Shown piece after piece: positions 23,901 through 31,410 of a DNA stretch of 59,990 nucleotides. This DNA comes from a virus. Its lineage: Duplodnaviria > Caudoviricetes. Numbering within the stretch: the first letter of the stretch is position 1; every line of letters starts with the position of its first letter. The notes under the pieces were generated by a model. That model was not told the origin of the DNA. It ran no database searches and worked only from the letters and a program-made list of their open reading frames with translations. Position numbers and translations under genes: made by a program. Location: IMG/VR virus record IMGVR_UViG_3300022689_000080, positions 1 to 59,990 of that record. One strand, 5' to 3'.

Positions 23901-26307
23901 CAGCGGCCCGGAGGCCCGGATCGTGGCGAAGCTGCTGCTGATCCGCACGATCTCGGGCAACGTCGGCCGGTACGTGCATCGGTCCTATCAGGCCTACGAC
24001 GATCCAAAATGGTTCGACAGAATCCCGGCCCCGGTGATGAACAACGCGCGCCGCTACCTGAAGGAGAACTACATCGAGCAGGAAACCGCGCGCCGTGAGA
24101 AGCGCCGGAAGCGGGAAGTGAACAAGCTGGCCAAGCAGCTCCGGGCCGAGGACGAGAGCCTGACCCTGAAGGGCGCGAAAGCGATTGCGGACTCGCTGGT
24201 GGATCCCATCGAGGAGGTCACGGAAGCGGAAGCGCTCGAGCGCGCCGATATTGCGATCGAGGACATCGCCAAGAGCGGCACGGCCTACGATTCGATGGAG
24301 AGCTACTTCAAGGAGTCGAAGCTGGGCGCGAAGGATCTGTCGATCCTCAAGCGCCGCAAGGTCATCGGTGATCCGATTCTGGCCCTGCTGGGCGAATACT
24401 ATGACCCGCGCCTCAACTACGCGAAGTCCGTGGCGAAGATGAACCGCCTGATCCACAACGACCTGCTGCTGAAGGACATCCGCGAGGTCGGCATGGGCGT
24501 GTTCCTCTTCGAGGAGAAGGACCGGCCGGTGGGCGCCTGGAAGCAGCTTTCCTCGAAGGGGAACGAGCGCTACTCGCCCCTGGATGGCCTCTACACGACC
24601 CCGGAGGTCGCGCAGGCGTTTCAGGACGCCCTGGGCCACCCCGAGGACTGGGGCCGGATCGTGGAGGGCGTCATCCGCCTCAACGGCCTCGTGAAGTTCG
24701 GCAAGACGGTCCTCTCGCCAACCACGACGGTGCGCAACTGGGTGTCGGCCGCGTTCTTCACCCTGTCCAACGCGCACTTCAACTGGAAGCACATCGGCCG
24801 CTCCGTGAAGTCGATGAAAACCTACTTCGAGAAGGATGACAGCCAGCGGGAGTACCTGCGCAAGCTGAAGGAGCTGGGCGTGGTCTATGACACGCCGTAT
24901 GCCGGTGAAATGATGCGCCTTCTCGATGATGCGCAGATCGAGAATTTCCTGAACGGCGGGAAGATGACGGCGCGGCACTGGCTCCAATTCGCGCAGCGCT
25001 TGTACCAGTTCGGGGACGACTTCTGGAAGATCGTCGGCTGGGAGAACGAGATCCAGCTTCAGATGAAGTATTACGGGCTCGACCGGGAGGCCGCGGAGAA
25101 GGAGGCGGCGAAGCGGGTCCGCAACACCTATCCCACGTACTCGATGGTCGGCCAGTTCATGCAGCGCCTGCGGAAGTTCCCGCTGGCCGGTACGTTCGTG
25201 TCATTCCCTTCGGAGATCATCCGCACGAGCTATCACATCGTCCGCTACGCCTACCGCGATATGAAGCAGTCGAAGGCCCTGGGCGCCCAGCGACTGGCGG
25301 GGCTGGCGATCGCGTCCGGCGCGGCCTACATCATTCAGGAGCTGTCGAAGCAGGCCCTGGGCGTCGATGACGAAGAGGAGGAGGCAATCCGCCAGCAACT
25401 GCCGCCGTGGAGCCGGAACAGCAATCTTTGGTTCTGGTCGCGCGAGGACGGCCTGCTGCGCTACATGGATCTGAGCTACCACGATCCCTACAACTACTGG
25501 AAGCGGCCGATCACGGCGATGATGCGTGACGAGCCCCCGGGCAACCGCCTGCTGTCCGCGGCGACGGATATGGTCAAGCCGTTCTTCGGCACCGACATCG
25601 TGGCTGGCGCGGTCATGGAAGTCCTCACGAACCGGAAGAGTAGCGGCGGGCCCGTCTACAACGAGTCGGAGCATCCCGTTCAGATTGCGAAGGACTCCGC
25701 CGATCACATCCTGAAAGCGGTGTCGCCCGGGTTCGTGAACAACATCAACCGGACGGCGAAGGCGCTCCAGGGCGAGTACAGGGCTTCCGGGCAGCAATAC
25801 TCGGTGGCCGACGAGGGGCTGGCGTGGCTGGGCGTCCGGGTAAGCACCCTGGACCCTGCGGCCTCACTGAAGTTCCGGGCCTTCGATCAGACGCGCGACC
25901 TGCGCAGCACGTCCGCCATCGTGTCGAGCAAGATCCGCGACCCGAACCCAGTCTCGGACGAGGCGCTGCGCACGGCGTTCGACCGGATGATGTACCAGCG
26001 GGAGCAGATCTTCGATGACGCCCTGAAGATGGTGAAGGCGGCGAGGAAGAGCGGCATCACCAGCACCGCGGACATCCAGCGGATCCTGGCCAGCGGCGGC
26101 TACTCGAAGGATGACGCGCGGCTGCTGGCCAACGGGCGGATTCCGGGGATGCGAAGGACGCCGCGGTGGATGGACGCCGCGATCAAGTCGAACGAGAGGG
26201 TGTTCGGGCGCGATGCCGGCCGGGAGACGCGGCGGCGCCGGGATCTCGTGCGGCGCTGGATGGCCGAATACTCTAGCCAGCGTTCTAACCAGCCTGCCGC
26301 CGCTTGA
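17950..26307 (+). CDS. Large polyvalent internal protein: C5-cytosine methyltransferase, zincin-like domain, unknown domains, LPD38-like C-terminus
   Basis: 2785 aa; LSLFDATG, AACPCTDFS, IENP, YTKKTQLYG (18530-19110); LLHEAVGHYG (~20308); IDELQSDWH (~21802); C-terminal LPPWSRNSNLWF. Confidence 0.85.
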   Translation: MSKLSNCMSKAGKALDAEDKKRILERRSELVGDGAKQDDAALQAVADRIFELKQEFRELRDQGIVNAMPILPNYNAARGNRMVSTPITATEPEPKFEGADREKDDTPLLSVQDFNEITNMVEDWLFPEPKKGETRSLETKAELGAPEMKDSDYVGPGTAKFTTPSQSRRIRDSWEKAVEAMPKEHPARGSVGTKTVLSLFDATGEWSDPWAQAGYNVISVDLKNGDDIMDFGVQYLNDMYGEWLNDVYAVIAACPCTDFSNAGNKHKAGKRESGAIQQSRELVYQTLATIEYLRPVIWAIENPVGQIKSETGLPSPRLTFHPYHFGDAYTKKTQLYGNFNPFSMPTASVEPKLGSLMHKLGGKDESDAGLRSITPRGFALSFFLGNNMMTMPAEEYLKRRYFNVWPDIQRLMKIGASEREIIAFVDGQWDYEGSEAKEAIQDILNDTDSLGALRSAVDFLGRDKTAQFSVPSWADQKVDDIRRRTPEELSALPTRELNAENRVAGMDAYQSYLLYRFPTRTFLDRLDKVEKRVGDKQAQAIRAADVERDKRALYSLFQQAGVFPTKTRLVPFLKGLDQLDKDRPFQSYLYTPEAYIDAIENPIDYSHDRDGISPYFKPETIKRYFLDLAKSLSSTQQAKHLTLDGYKKNIGIVYDTFMALHDEEAIRYYWNTQGILNERPFEERMAVDREEPPAPPSTDDGDQEGLFRRSGATRTGRTDAQLIRGLKKAPTVKVIDTIKGLPKRIQDQLAAEGTTEIKGYYDRGEGAVYLVRSGNRDADDMDATLLHEAVGHYGIELLFGEDIGKFLAMVYGARMRDPAVKRAFEYVERYYRGAPKAVQVAEAVAYLAETDPKNGLLTRIVQFVKGILRKLGFQTEFTAADIYEAFALAKRAMDGEIQPMPWYIRSFQERQNLAAAEGAASIDYILDRNEVGLYSQLEKALNEMPDFKPTKKNPEGKIKASLILSRLQKAGVKKEELEWSTFAARLQSNPDELWTQEAALEAAEEGRLELIRDELESGTGDSPEGEIWQTPQIYDERDAYEYRIDDLMDGWDNDSIEYELIEFLETLQPDVLEEAMKDYLEANRDSLSESEISEIEESMDGGEEQWISENFGKMKNFQKQMRSEFEEWAEGYVREEYFAGDPYTYTHMNSEYGDYIIFGSDDLGYDLRKGGLEWSRRVEIPENYLSENRIYSISEAKIAFENYLREQGDLNDGDAAGGTIFMDYLNQGLPAYEDYWETLIRVGPHEKIVGEYMKGGHFDRDGQENVVVFSRNTKREIDGVSTYYIDELQSDWHSDARKRGGYSTREFIERRKKRQDEIRDRSQEVFSQIYRPIKEVAEYLIEGNPEYVERGKQSLTQDLIGTVTGTRPSANSEARAALGTRAESKWEYATDAEKEEAEFFQELLESRIPGIAELQVENHALEAEKDSLYVNNFPPDAPFKDSAYINLAVKDALVTAVNRGYRRIAWNDSQAVAGVWGDRYLAGYKVVYDKKMVGAIKKLTGLTPYRLDLDGDTITAEDVETAGGELNMPGMWVIDIPESVAEQIKVEAFPMFRIDDQAQPDMFSDPIGEELQGAAAKLSPTEIDEWRMANRVSQRAGRNRDVEAAARRLESGDLTLDGYNQIVQKHMPIFELRQVPPSPTVGDMSAALSQDKAERIIGVDVKIADGERVASRLDIPAFDFYNTWIVSVHRGGSNTGSSIGYGTHSVLTNVEFKTNPKAALKVATGRSSKAPFARVHGDWQNMDLESARRLAASALKDPAWVQVGQNPFRHSYFYEKRTGQPVVAAEKIVQIGPFVMARGVTYASPLEEQFRVRDTDVFFRRVDETDDERRNARLKGEDRSYLDRGKALWHRALSPGGNLPEKVFDAKIRRDGQIEAGELDTRHQVYDLEHAFKKAFGKSFEKRTIEQERQMRRALAGEANVDLPREVLDVLGAMRAHIDSLSEQYIEALKSDGQYLLQQLPPERRDALMQTLMEMGDEIDFDEFSGPEARIVAKLLLIRTISGNVGRYVHRSYQAYDDPKWFDRIPAPVMNNARRYLKENYIEQETARREKRRKREVNKLAKQLRAEDESLTLKGAKAIADSLVDPIEEVTEAEALERADIAIEDIAKSGTAYDSMESYFKESKLGAKDLSILKRRKVIGDPILALLGEYYDPRLNYAKSVAKMNRLIHNDLLLKDIREVGMGVFLFEEKDRPVGAWKQLSSKGNERYSPLDGLYTTPEVAQAFQDALGHPEDWGRIVEGVIRLNGLVKFGKTVLSPTTTVRNWVSAAFFTLSNAHFNWKHIGRSVKSMKTYFEKDDSQREYLRKLKELGVVYDTPYAGEMMRLLDDAQIENFLNGGKMTARHWLQFAQRLYQFGDDFWKIVGWENEIQLQMKYYGLDREAAEKEAAKRVRNTYPTYSMVGQFMQRLRKFPLAGTFVSFPSEIIRTSYHIVRYAYRDMKQSKALGAQRLAGLAIASGAAYIIQELSKQALGVDDEEEEAIRQQLPPWSRNSNLWFWSREDGLLRYMDLSYHDPYNYWKRPITAMMRDEPPGNRLLSAATDMVKPFFGTDIVAGAVMEVLTNRKSSGGPVYNESEHPVQIAKDSADHILKAVSPGFVNNINRTAKALQGEYRASGQQYSVADEGLAWLGVRVSTLDPAASLKFRAFDQTRDLRSTSAIVSSKIRDPNPVSDEALRTAFDRMMYQREQIFDDALKMVKAARKSGITSTADIQRILASGGYSKDDARLLANGRIPGMRRTPRWMDAAIKSNERVFGRDAGRETRRRRDLVRRWMAEYSSQRSNQPAAA

Positions 26308-26334
26308 GGTATCCCAGCGAACCCCAGTGCGCCG

Positions 26335-26436
26335 CAAGTCATTGATTTGCGGCGACACTGGGCGACATCGAAAGACGGGCGGCGGGTTCGAGTCCCGTCC
26401 GCTCCGCCATATTTGTTGTGCAAAATCAATGACTTA
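26335..26436. other. attP: tRNA-Asp 3' fragment flanked by two inverted IHF sites
   Basis: WATCAANNNNTTR matches at 26335-26347 (minus) and 26424-26436 (plus); lies downstream of integrase. Confidence 0.88.
26382..26409 (+). pseudogene. 3' 28 nt of tRNA-Asp (T-arm, acceptor strand, CCA); att core
   Basis: GCGGGTTCGAGTCCCGTCCGCTCCGCCA matches the 3' end of gammaproteobacterial tRNA-Asp(GTC) as I recall it; no D or anticodon arm upstream. Confidence 0.85.
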
Positions 26437-26465
26437 GATCTGGGGCGCGAAAATTTGCCAACGAT

Positions 26466-26999
26466 CTACCCACCCTTTGCTCGGTTGAGCAGGTATTGTT
26501 CCGCCACCAGCCTGAACACTTCCTCGCCCCACTCATTCATAGCGATATTGACCGCGACACAGACCAGGCGCACGTTCTCGGGATCATAGCCAACTTTGCT
26601 GTCGATCCTGTCGATGCTCGGCGCGAATGGGCGCCTAAGCCACCCATCAGGGCGATGTAACCCGAAGGAGATGCCCGTGACTGCGCAGCGCCCGCCAGAA
26701 GCCTCGACGAGAGCCTGTTCGTCCTGCTTGGAAAGCCCATACCGCTTTCGCTTCCGCGCAGTGCGAAACATTTCAGCGTAGTACCGATCAATATCCTGAT
26801 CGTCTGTCGCTGTCGACCCGGGGTGAACAGCGCCGGAGTCAATCGCCTTTGAGAGGATCTGGCGAGCGCTGGCGGCATCGCTGATGTGGCCCTCCGAAAG
26901 ATCTCCTGGGATAGTGTGGTAGTAGGTTCTTCCTTTCCTTTGGATGCGAATCTGTATTCCTCGGCCGCTGACCCGCAGTCCTGATGGCAAGCTGTTCAT
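26466..26999 (-). CDS. Integrase-type arm DNA-binding domain fused to HNH-like endonuclease domain
   Basis: N-terminus 23/34 identical to N-terminus of adjacent integrase; C-terminal RCAVTG...PSIDRIDSKVGYDPENVRLVCVAVN; GGGAGG RBS. Confidence 0.85.
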   Translation of the reverse strand: MNSLPSGLRVSGRGIQIRIQRKGRTYYHTIPGDLSEGHISDAASARQILSKAIDSGAVHPGSTATDDQDIDRYYAEMFRTARKRKRYGLSKQDEQALVEASGGRCAVTGISFGLHRPDGWLRRPFAPSIDRIDSKVGYDPENVRLVCVAVNIAMNEWGEEVFRLVAEQYLLNRAKGG

Positions 27000-27010
27000 T
27001 TTTTCCTCCC

Positions 27011-28045
27011 TCAGATGGCCAGCTCGAAGCGCTTCCGGTCCTGGCTGGCCGAATACTCCTCAATGAACTCCGAGTAGGTGCGCAGGAACATTTCCGTGCT
27101 GTGGCCGAGGTACTTGGCCGCGTCGGCCGGCTGGATGCCGGCGGAGAGGAGCTGCGCCGCCTTCGTGTGGCGGAGCGTGTAGGGGATCCGGTACGGGATC
27201 CGCGCGCGGCGGTGAGCCTTCCGCCATGCCTCGTTGAACACGTCCGTGTCCAGGTGGGGCCCGCCCTTCGTGTTCTGGAATATGTGCCCGCCCTCGAAGC
27301 GGGTGACGTGTCCGTTCAGGGCCGATCGCGCCTGCTGGGGCACGTAGACCGTCCGGCGCTCGTAGGTCTTGGTCGTGGGCTCGAGGCGCCGCCGGACGAT
27401 CTGCTTCGTGATCGATAGCTCCGCGCCGCTGTAGTCGGTCCAGAGTAGCCCCAGGGCCTCGCCCGGGCGCAGGCCGGTGTGGATCAGGAGCGTGAAGTAG
27501 ACCAGCGACTGGCCGCTCAGGTGGCGCTGGATGGCCTTCCATTCATCCGGCGTGTACCGCTGCACAGGGGCCCTCTGGCGGCGCTGGAAGCGTAGCCCCA
27601 CCGCAGGGTTGGGGGTGACGCCGTAGAGCGTGAAGATGCCAGCCAGGGGCCCGAGGGCGTTCCGCTTCGTCTTGGGTGACACGTCCCACTGGGCGACCGT
27701 CTCGCGGACGGTTCGGGCGTCGATGGATAGCAGTGGCATGCGGCCGAAGGCCGGGATCCAGCGCGTGTTCAGGATGTTCTCGTAGGACAGGTGGGTGGAG
27801 CGCTTGGCCTCCAGCATATCGAGGTAGTGCTGGGCGGCTTCGATGAAGGGCGGATTCTCCGCCGCTGCGGTGAGATCGCCACCCAGCTCGAGGATGGCGA
27901 TCATCTGCTTCCTGCGCTTTACCGCCTGGGCGAAGTGACTCGCTGAGAGGTTGCCCGGGATCGTCTCGTAATAGGTTCGACCGCCGTGCTGGACTCGGAT
28001 CTGGAGCCCTCGGCCGCTGGGCCTGATTCCTTTCGGGTTATCCAT
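27011..28045 (-). CDS. int: Tyrosine integrase with N-terminal arm-binding (DUF3596-like) domain
   Basis: TGLRPGE, YTLRHT, LGHS...Y catalytic motifs; next to attP. Confidence 0.96.
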   Translation of the reverse strand: MDNPKGIRPSGRGLQIRVQHGGRTYYETIPGNLSASHFAQAVKRRKQMIAILELGGDLTAAAENPPFIEAAQHYLDMLEAKRSTHLSYENILNTRWIPAFGRMPLLSIDARTVRETVAQWDVSPKTKRNALGPLAGIFTLYGVTPNPAVGLRFQRRQRAPVQRYTPDEWKAIQRHLSGQSLVYFTLLIHTGLRPGEALGLLWTDYSGAELSITKQIVRRRLEPTTKTYERRTVYVPQQARSALNGHVTRFEGGHIFQNTKGGPHLDTDVFNEAWRKAHRRARIPYRIPYTLRHTKAAQLLSAGIQPADAAKYLGHSTEMFLRTYSEFIEEYSASQDRKRFELAI

Positions 28046-28245
28046 GCGCTGACCGCCTCCCGATCAATCAACGTCGTGCGGCCGATTACATAGTAGTGGA
28101 GGCCCCGGGTCCAGTGCCGCCGCATCCAGCCGTCGATGGTGGTTTCGGGCAGGCCTAGCTCCTGGGCGTACTTGGCTTTGCTCACGAGGCGAGGCCAGGA
28201 TCCGGTCATGCTCGCGGACTCATCAACAATGGTCATGCTGCTCAC
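27919..28245 (-). CDS. xis: Excisionase-like winged-helix protein
   Basis: LVSKAKYAQELGLPETTIDGWMRRHWTRGLHYYVIGRTTLIDREAVSAW; overlaps int start; GGAG RBS before GTG 28245. Confidence 0.75.
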   Translation of the reverse strand: MSSMTIVDESASMTGSWPRLVSKAKYAQELGLPETTIDGWMRRHWTRGLHYYVIGRTTLIDREAVSAWITRKESGPAAEGSRSESSTAVEPITRRSRATSQRVTSPRR

Positions 28246-28263
28246 GGTTACTGCTCCATCAAG

Positions 28264-28500
28264 GCGCCGGTCTTTCCCGGCTGTCCGCGCACTCAGGGAA
28301 GCGATCAGGGGAATATCCGCTCTCGCGCCGCGGAGGCGTTTCACCCGGACCCACCCGGGCTTAATTGCGAGAGCCTTCCCGCCTGACCGGGAGTCGGAAG
28401 CTAACCGTCCCCGTGCGCTGCCGGCGTTATTTGCGCCACCACCGGCTGGGCTGATTCTCTGGATGGATTGGGAGCGCCATTCCCGCCTCCGCTGGATGCG
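28264..28500 (-). ncRNA. Candidate structured RNA upstream of xis/int
   Basis: ~240 bp gap with several hairpins and a 9-bp long-range inverted repeat (28330-28338/28484-28492). Confidence 0.4.
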
Positions 28501-28506
28501 TTCGCA

Positions 28507-28683
28507 TCACTTATCCCTCGCCTGCGTCATAGCGCACTTGGGGCAGACGACTTGTTGACGGCCATCAACCCACTCACGGTCATCATTGTTCCATTCGTGA
28601 CCGCCCCACATACGACCGCAGCGCGGGCATGGAAGCCAAAAGTAGCCAAGGAAGTAGGCGTATATCCTATGCAGTAGCCTCAC
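28507..28683 (-). CDS. Small zinc-finger-like protein (not in ORF track)
   Basis: Hand-translated 58 aa MRLLHRIYAYFLGYFWLPCPRCGRMWGGHE...CPKC; GTGA overlap with upstream gene. Confidence 0.7.
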   Translation of the reverse strand: MRLLHRIYAYFLGYFWLPCPRCGRMWGGHEWNNDDREWVDGRQQVVCPKCAMTQARDK

Positions 28684-28934
28684 CCCTCACCCTTCCTCGC
28701 CGCGTCAATGGCCTCGCGCCAGTCGTGTGTTTCGGCAAGTTCTTCAAAAAACAGGATATTGAATTTTCGTGGCGCTATTTGGGCCAACCACTCCAACTGC
28801 TCCCGGTCCTTGAGCAGCGCATCGCGCTCGGCTTCTAGCTTCTCGACGCGAGTCCTTAGCTGGTCGCACACAACTCGGCAGCCAATCAGTTTGTTTTCCA
28901 AGCGGCTGCCGTCAACCATCATGCGATCACTCAC
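28680..28934 (-). CDS. Hypothetical protein
   Basis: 84 aa coiled coil ending WREAIDAARK, typical phage early-operon gene. Confidence 0.65.
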   Translation of the reverse strand: MSDRMMVDGSRLENKLIGCRVVCDQLRTRVEKLEAERDALLKDREQLEWLAQIAPRKFNILFFEELAETHDWREAIDAARKGEG

Positions 28935-28944
28935 CCCTCACTCC

Positions 28945-29130
28945 TTACTCTCCCTCGCAGCGAGCATGGCGACGACGCTGTTGTTCACTGGAATACCACG
29001 GCGATTTAGCGTGGCTGGGCGTTGCGGTCTTGTTAAAAAGCGGGACACTGGACCAGCCGCAGTCCCGACAACCTTCCTCAAGATTATCGTCCCACATATT
29101 TGTTGATCCGCAGTGAGGGCACCTACTCAT
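28945..29130 (-). CDS. Small zinc-ribbon protein
   Basis: MSRCPHCGS...CRDCG; overlaps upstream stop. Confidence 0.55.
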   Translation of the reverse strand: MSRCPHCGSTNMWDDNLEEGCRDCGWSSVPLFNKTATPSHAKSPWYSSEQQRRRHARCEGE

Positions 29131-29365
29131 TCCCAGCCTCCCTCGCCGCGAGCATGGCGTCGGCAATCGCGTAAGCTGCCTCGGGCGCTTTGTGCGGGCA
29201 TTCTCCTGACGCATGAGCAATCAAGCCCGGCAGCGCCGCCATCGCAAACTGGTCGCGGAGGTTGGGCGTTCCAGAGCGTGCGTCCTCTAATGCTTCTGCG
29301 TAGCCTTCTTGGTGGCCTTTGTTGTAGCCATCCATGTGACCCCTGTCGTAGTCGTATTCACTCAT
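29123..29365 (-). CDS. Conserved phage hypothetical protein
   Basis: LRDQFAMAALPGL...AYAIADAMLAARE motif. Confidence 0.8.
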   Translation of the reverse strand: MSEYDYDRGHMDGYNKGHQEGYAEALEDARSGTPNLRDQFAMAALPGLIAHASGECPHKAPEAAYAIADAMLAAREAGNE

Positions 29366-29486
29366 CCCCAAACTCCCCGCATCACATAAATTAGGGCGGT
29401 CTTTACTTCCAGGGGCACCGCCACTCCCCCGCCGCTAACTCAACCGGGAATCGCCCAGCCAAGCGGGACGCGGCCATTGGGGCGTG

Positions 29487-30329
29487 TTACTCGAGGCCGG
29501 AACCGAAAGATCCGATCTCGACGCGGATTCCGCTGTCCTTCAGCTCGCTTTCGAGAAGCGACCGGAAGGATCGCGCCAGCTCCTCCTCGATCCAGTCGGG
29601 CCGAACGAGGCGCAGCGAGAACCTGACGCCCTTCTCGTGCGGGTGCGCGGACAGCCGAAGGCGGGCAGGCAACGGCGGCAGGCCGCTATACAGCTCGCAG
29701 TTCGTGACGAACATACTGGGAAGCGGAACCTCGCGGCCTTTGGCCTCGATGCGCTCGAGATCCGATCGCGCTGACGAGAAGTCAGTCTCGACGGACTGCA
29801 CCTTCTGGATGGCCTCCACGTCCGTGTTTCGGATTGCGCTGATTGCCACCTGCATAGACGGCGTGAAGCCCTCGGTCGAAGGCCACTCCGGCGAGAGGAT
29901 GTCGCGCCAGTCCTCCAGCCACTCCGCCATATCGCGCTGGGACTTCAGGGCGCCGCTGACGCCCTGTAACGCGATGCACTCGGCCGTCTTTTTCAGGGTA
30001 AGGGTGTTGAAGTGGTCGCCATGCCCAGGCTCTCCGATGGTCCCCAGGTTGTAGTAGGTGGCCGCTGACATTCGATCTGCATCGACGAGGCAGGCGGAGC
30101 CCGGAACCCCGGACAGATCCTGCTTTGAGAGCCGCACGAAGGTCGGGATGTCGCTCGTGCGAACCCGCCGGCTATACCGGCGAGGCCCTGGGTTGAAGCG
30201 CTCGAGATCGTGGACCGTGAAGCTCGGCGGCACGAGTACGGTGTCCGCCGGGAGCCTGCTCGCGGCCGGCATGGCCGCGCCGAGTTCTACAAGGTACTTT
30301 GCGCTGTCAGTTTTCACGGGTTCGCTCAC
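29487..30329 (-). CDS. DUF2303 (YfdQ-like) protein
   Basis: DLERFNPGPRR, NLGTIGEPGHGD, QRDMAEWLEDW; paired with YfdP-like gene. Confidence 0.85.
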   Translation of the reverse strand: MSEPVKTDSAKYLVELGAAMPAASRLPADTVLVPPSFTVHDLERFNPGPRRYSRRVRTSDIPTFVRLSKQDLSGVPGSACLVDADRMSAATYYNLGTIGEPGHGDHFNTLTLKKTAECIALQGVSGALKSQRDMAEWLEDWRDILSPEWPSTEGFTPSMQVAISAIRNTDVEAIQKVQSVETDFSSARSDLERIEAKGREVPLPSMFVTNCELYSGLPPLPARLRLSAHPHEKGVRFSLRLVRPDWIEEELARSFRSLLESELKDSGIRVEIGSFGSGLE

Positions 30330-30663
30330 TCCGCATATCCTCCTTGGTCATTGTCGGGAGCTGCATCTGGTTCTCGGGGAAGAAGCTCATGGCGCCCCCG
30401 GTGCCGACGTGCATCGGGGTCTGCGTCTCGTCCTCCTCCGTGACCTTTCCCCGCTTGGTTGGCCGCGTGGAGCGCAGCTTGTGCGTCACCGCGACCTGAT
30501 GGCCGGAGCCGATCTGTTTCACGTCGAGCGTGATCTGGATCTGCCCCGCGCGCTGGTGGTTGACCACCGACGCCGCGACCTGACTCAGCTCATGGCCGAT
30601 CTTTTGCGCGAACACGCCGGCATCCAGCTCCTCGAAGAACTCCCCTACGTCTGTCGCCTTCAT
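30307..30663 (-). CDS. YfdP-like phage protein
   Basis: TDVGEFFEELDAGVF...TPMHVGTGG.MS.FPENQ. Confidence 0.8.
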   Translation of the reverse strand: MKATDVGEFFEELDAGVFAQKIGHELSQVAASVVNHQRAGQIQITLDVKQIGSGHQVAVTHKLRSTRPTKRGKVTEEDETQTPMHVGTGGAMSFFPENQMQLPTMTKEDMRSERTREN

Positions 30664-30672
30664 CTTGCCCTC

Positions 30673-30876
30673 CTAGTGGACTTCCTTTCCCCCCTTGGGC
30701 GGGATTCTGTGAATCATGTTGCGCGTGAGCATCCCGACGAACGTCGATACATCGTTCGCCAGCGCAAGCGCTGGAGTCGGGTTCTCCTGAAGCTCGCGGG
30801 TCAGCTCCTGGTCGGTCTGGAGGCTGATCGTCACAAAGCCGTCCGATGCATCTTCGATAGTCAGCAAGAGTTTCAT
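30673..30876 (-). CDS. Hypothetical protein
   Basis: 67 aa filling the operon gap. Confidence 0.5.
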   Translation of the reverse strand: MKLLLTIEDASDGFVTISLQTDQELTRELQENPTPALALANDVSTFVGMLTRNMIHRIPPKGGKEVH

Positions 30877-30957
30877 GGGTCGATTTCGCCCTCTTCGTTA
30901 TCCAGTAGGCGGTAAGCAGGCCTGACGCGATCCAGGCCGCAATCAGGCCAGCCACGG

Positions 30958-31410
30958 TCAGAGCGGAATTTCGTCGTCGTAGGGATCCCCGTCGCCCTGT
31001 GCCGGCGGCTCAGGGTAGGGTCCGGAGCTTTGCTGCTGTGAGCGCTGCCCGCCGCCCTGCTGCCCGCCTCCACGGGAGTCGAGCATTTGCATTTCGCTGG
31101 CGACGATCTCCGTTGTCCAGCGATCCTGGCCGTCCTGGGCCTGCCACTTCCGGGTGCGAAGCGAGCCCTCGATGTAGACCTTCGAGCCCTTGTGCAGGTA
31201 TTGGCCGCAGATCTCGCCCAGCCGGCCGAAGGCCGCGACCCTGTGCCACTCCGTCCGTTCCTGCTGTTCGCCCGTGTTTTTGTCCTTCCACATTTCGCTT
31301 GTGGCTACGGAGAAGTTGGCCACGGCCATGCCGGAAGGCATGGATCGAGTCTCGGGGTCGTTCCCGAGATTGCCGACGATGATGACTTTGTTGACGCCAC
31401 GACTAGCCAT
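30958..31410 (-). CDS. ssb: Single-stranded DNA-binding protein
   Basis: [26 protein letters not shown], acidic DDEIPL tail. Confidence 0.98.
   Translation of the reverse strand: MASRGVNKVIIVGNLGNDPETRSMPSGMAVANFSVATSEMWKDKNTGEQQERTEWHRVAAFGRLGEICGQYLHKGSKVYIEGSLRTRKWQAQDGQDRWTTEIVASEMQMLDSRGGGQQGGGQRSQQQSSGPYPEPPAQGDGDPYDDEIPL

Noticed and set aside
17950-26307. N4-like virion RNA polymerase
   Set aside because: No T7-type polymerase motifs found; domains fit a polyvalent protein
26340-26409. Complete tRNA or tmRNA gene
   Set aside because: Only T-arm and 3' acceptor strand are present; upstream sequence lacks the GGAGCGG 5' strand
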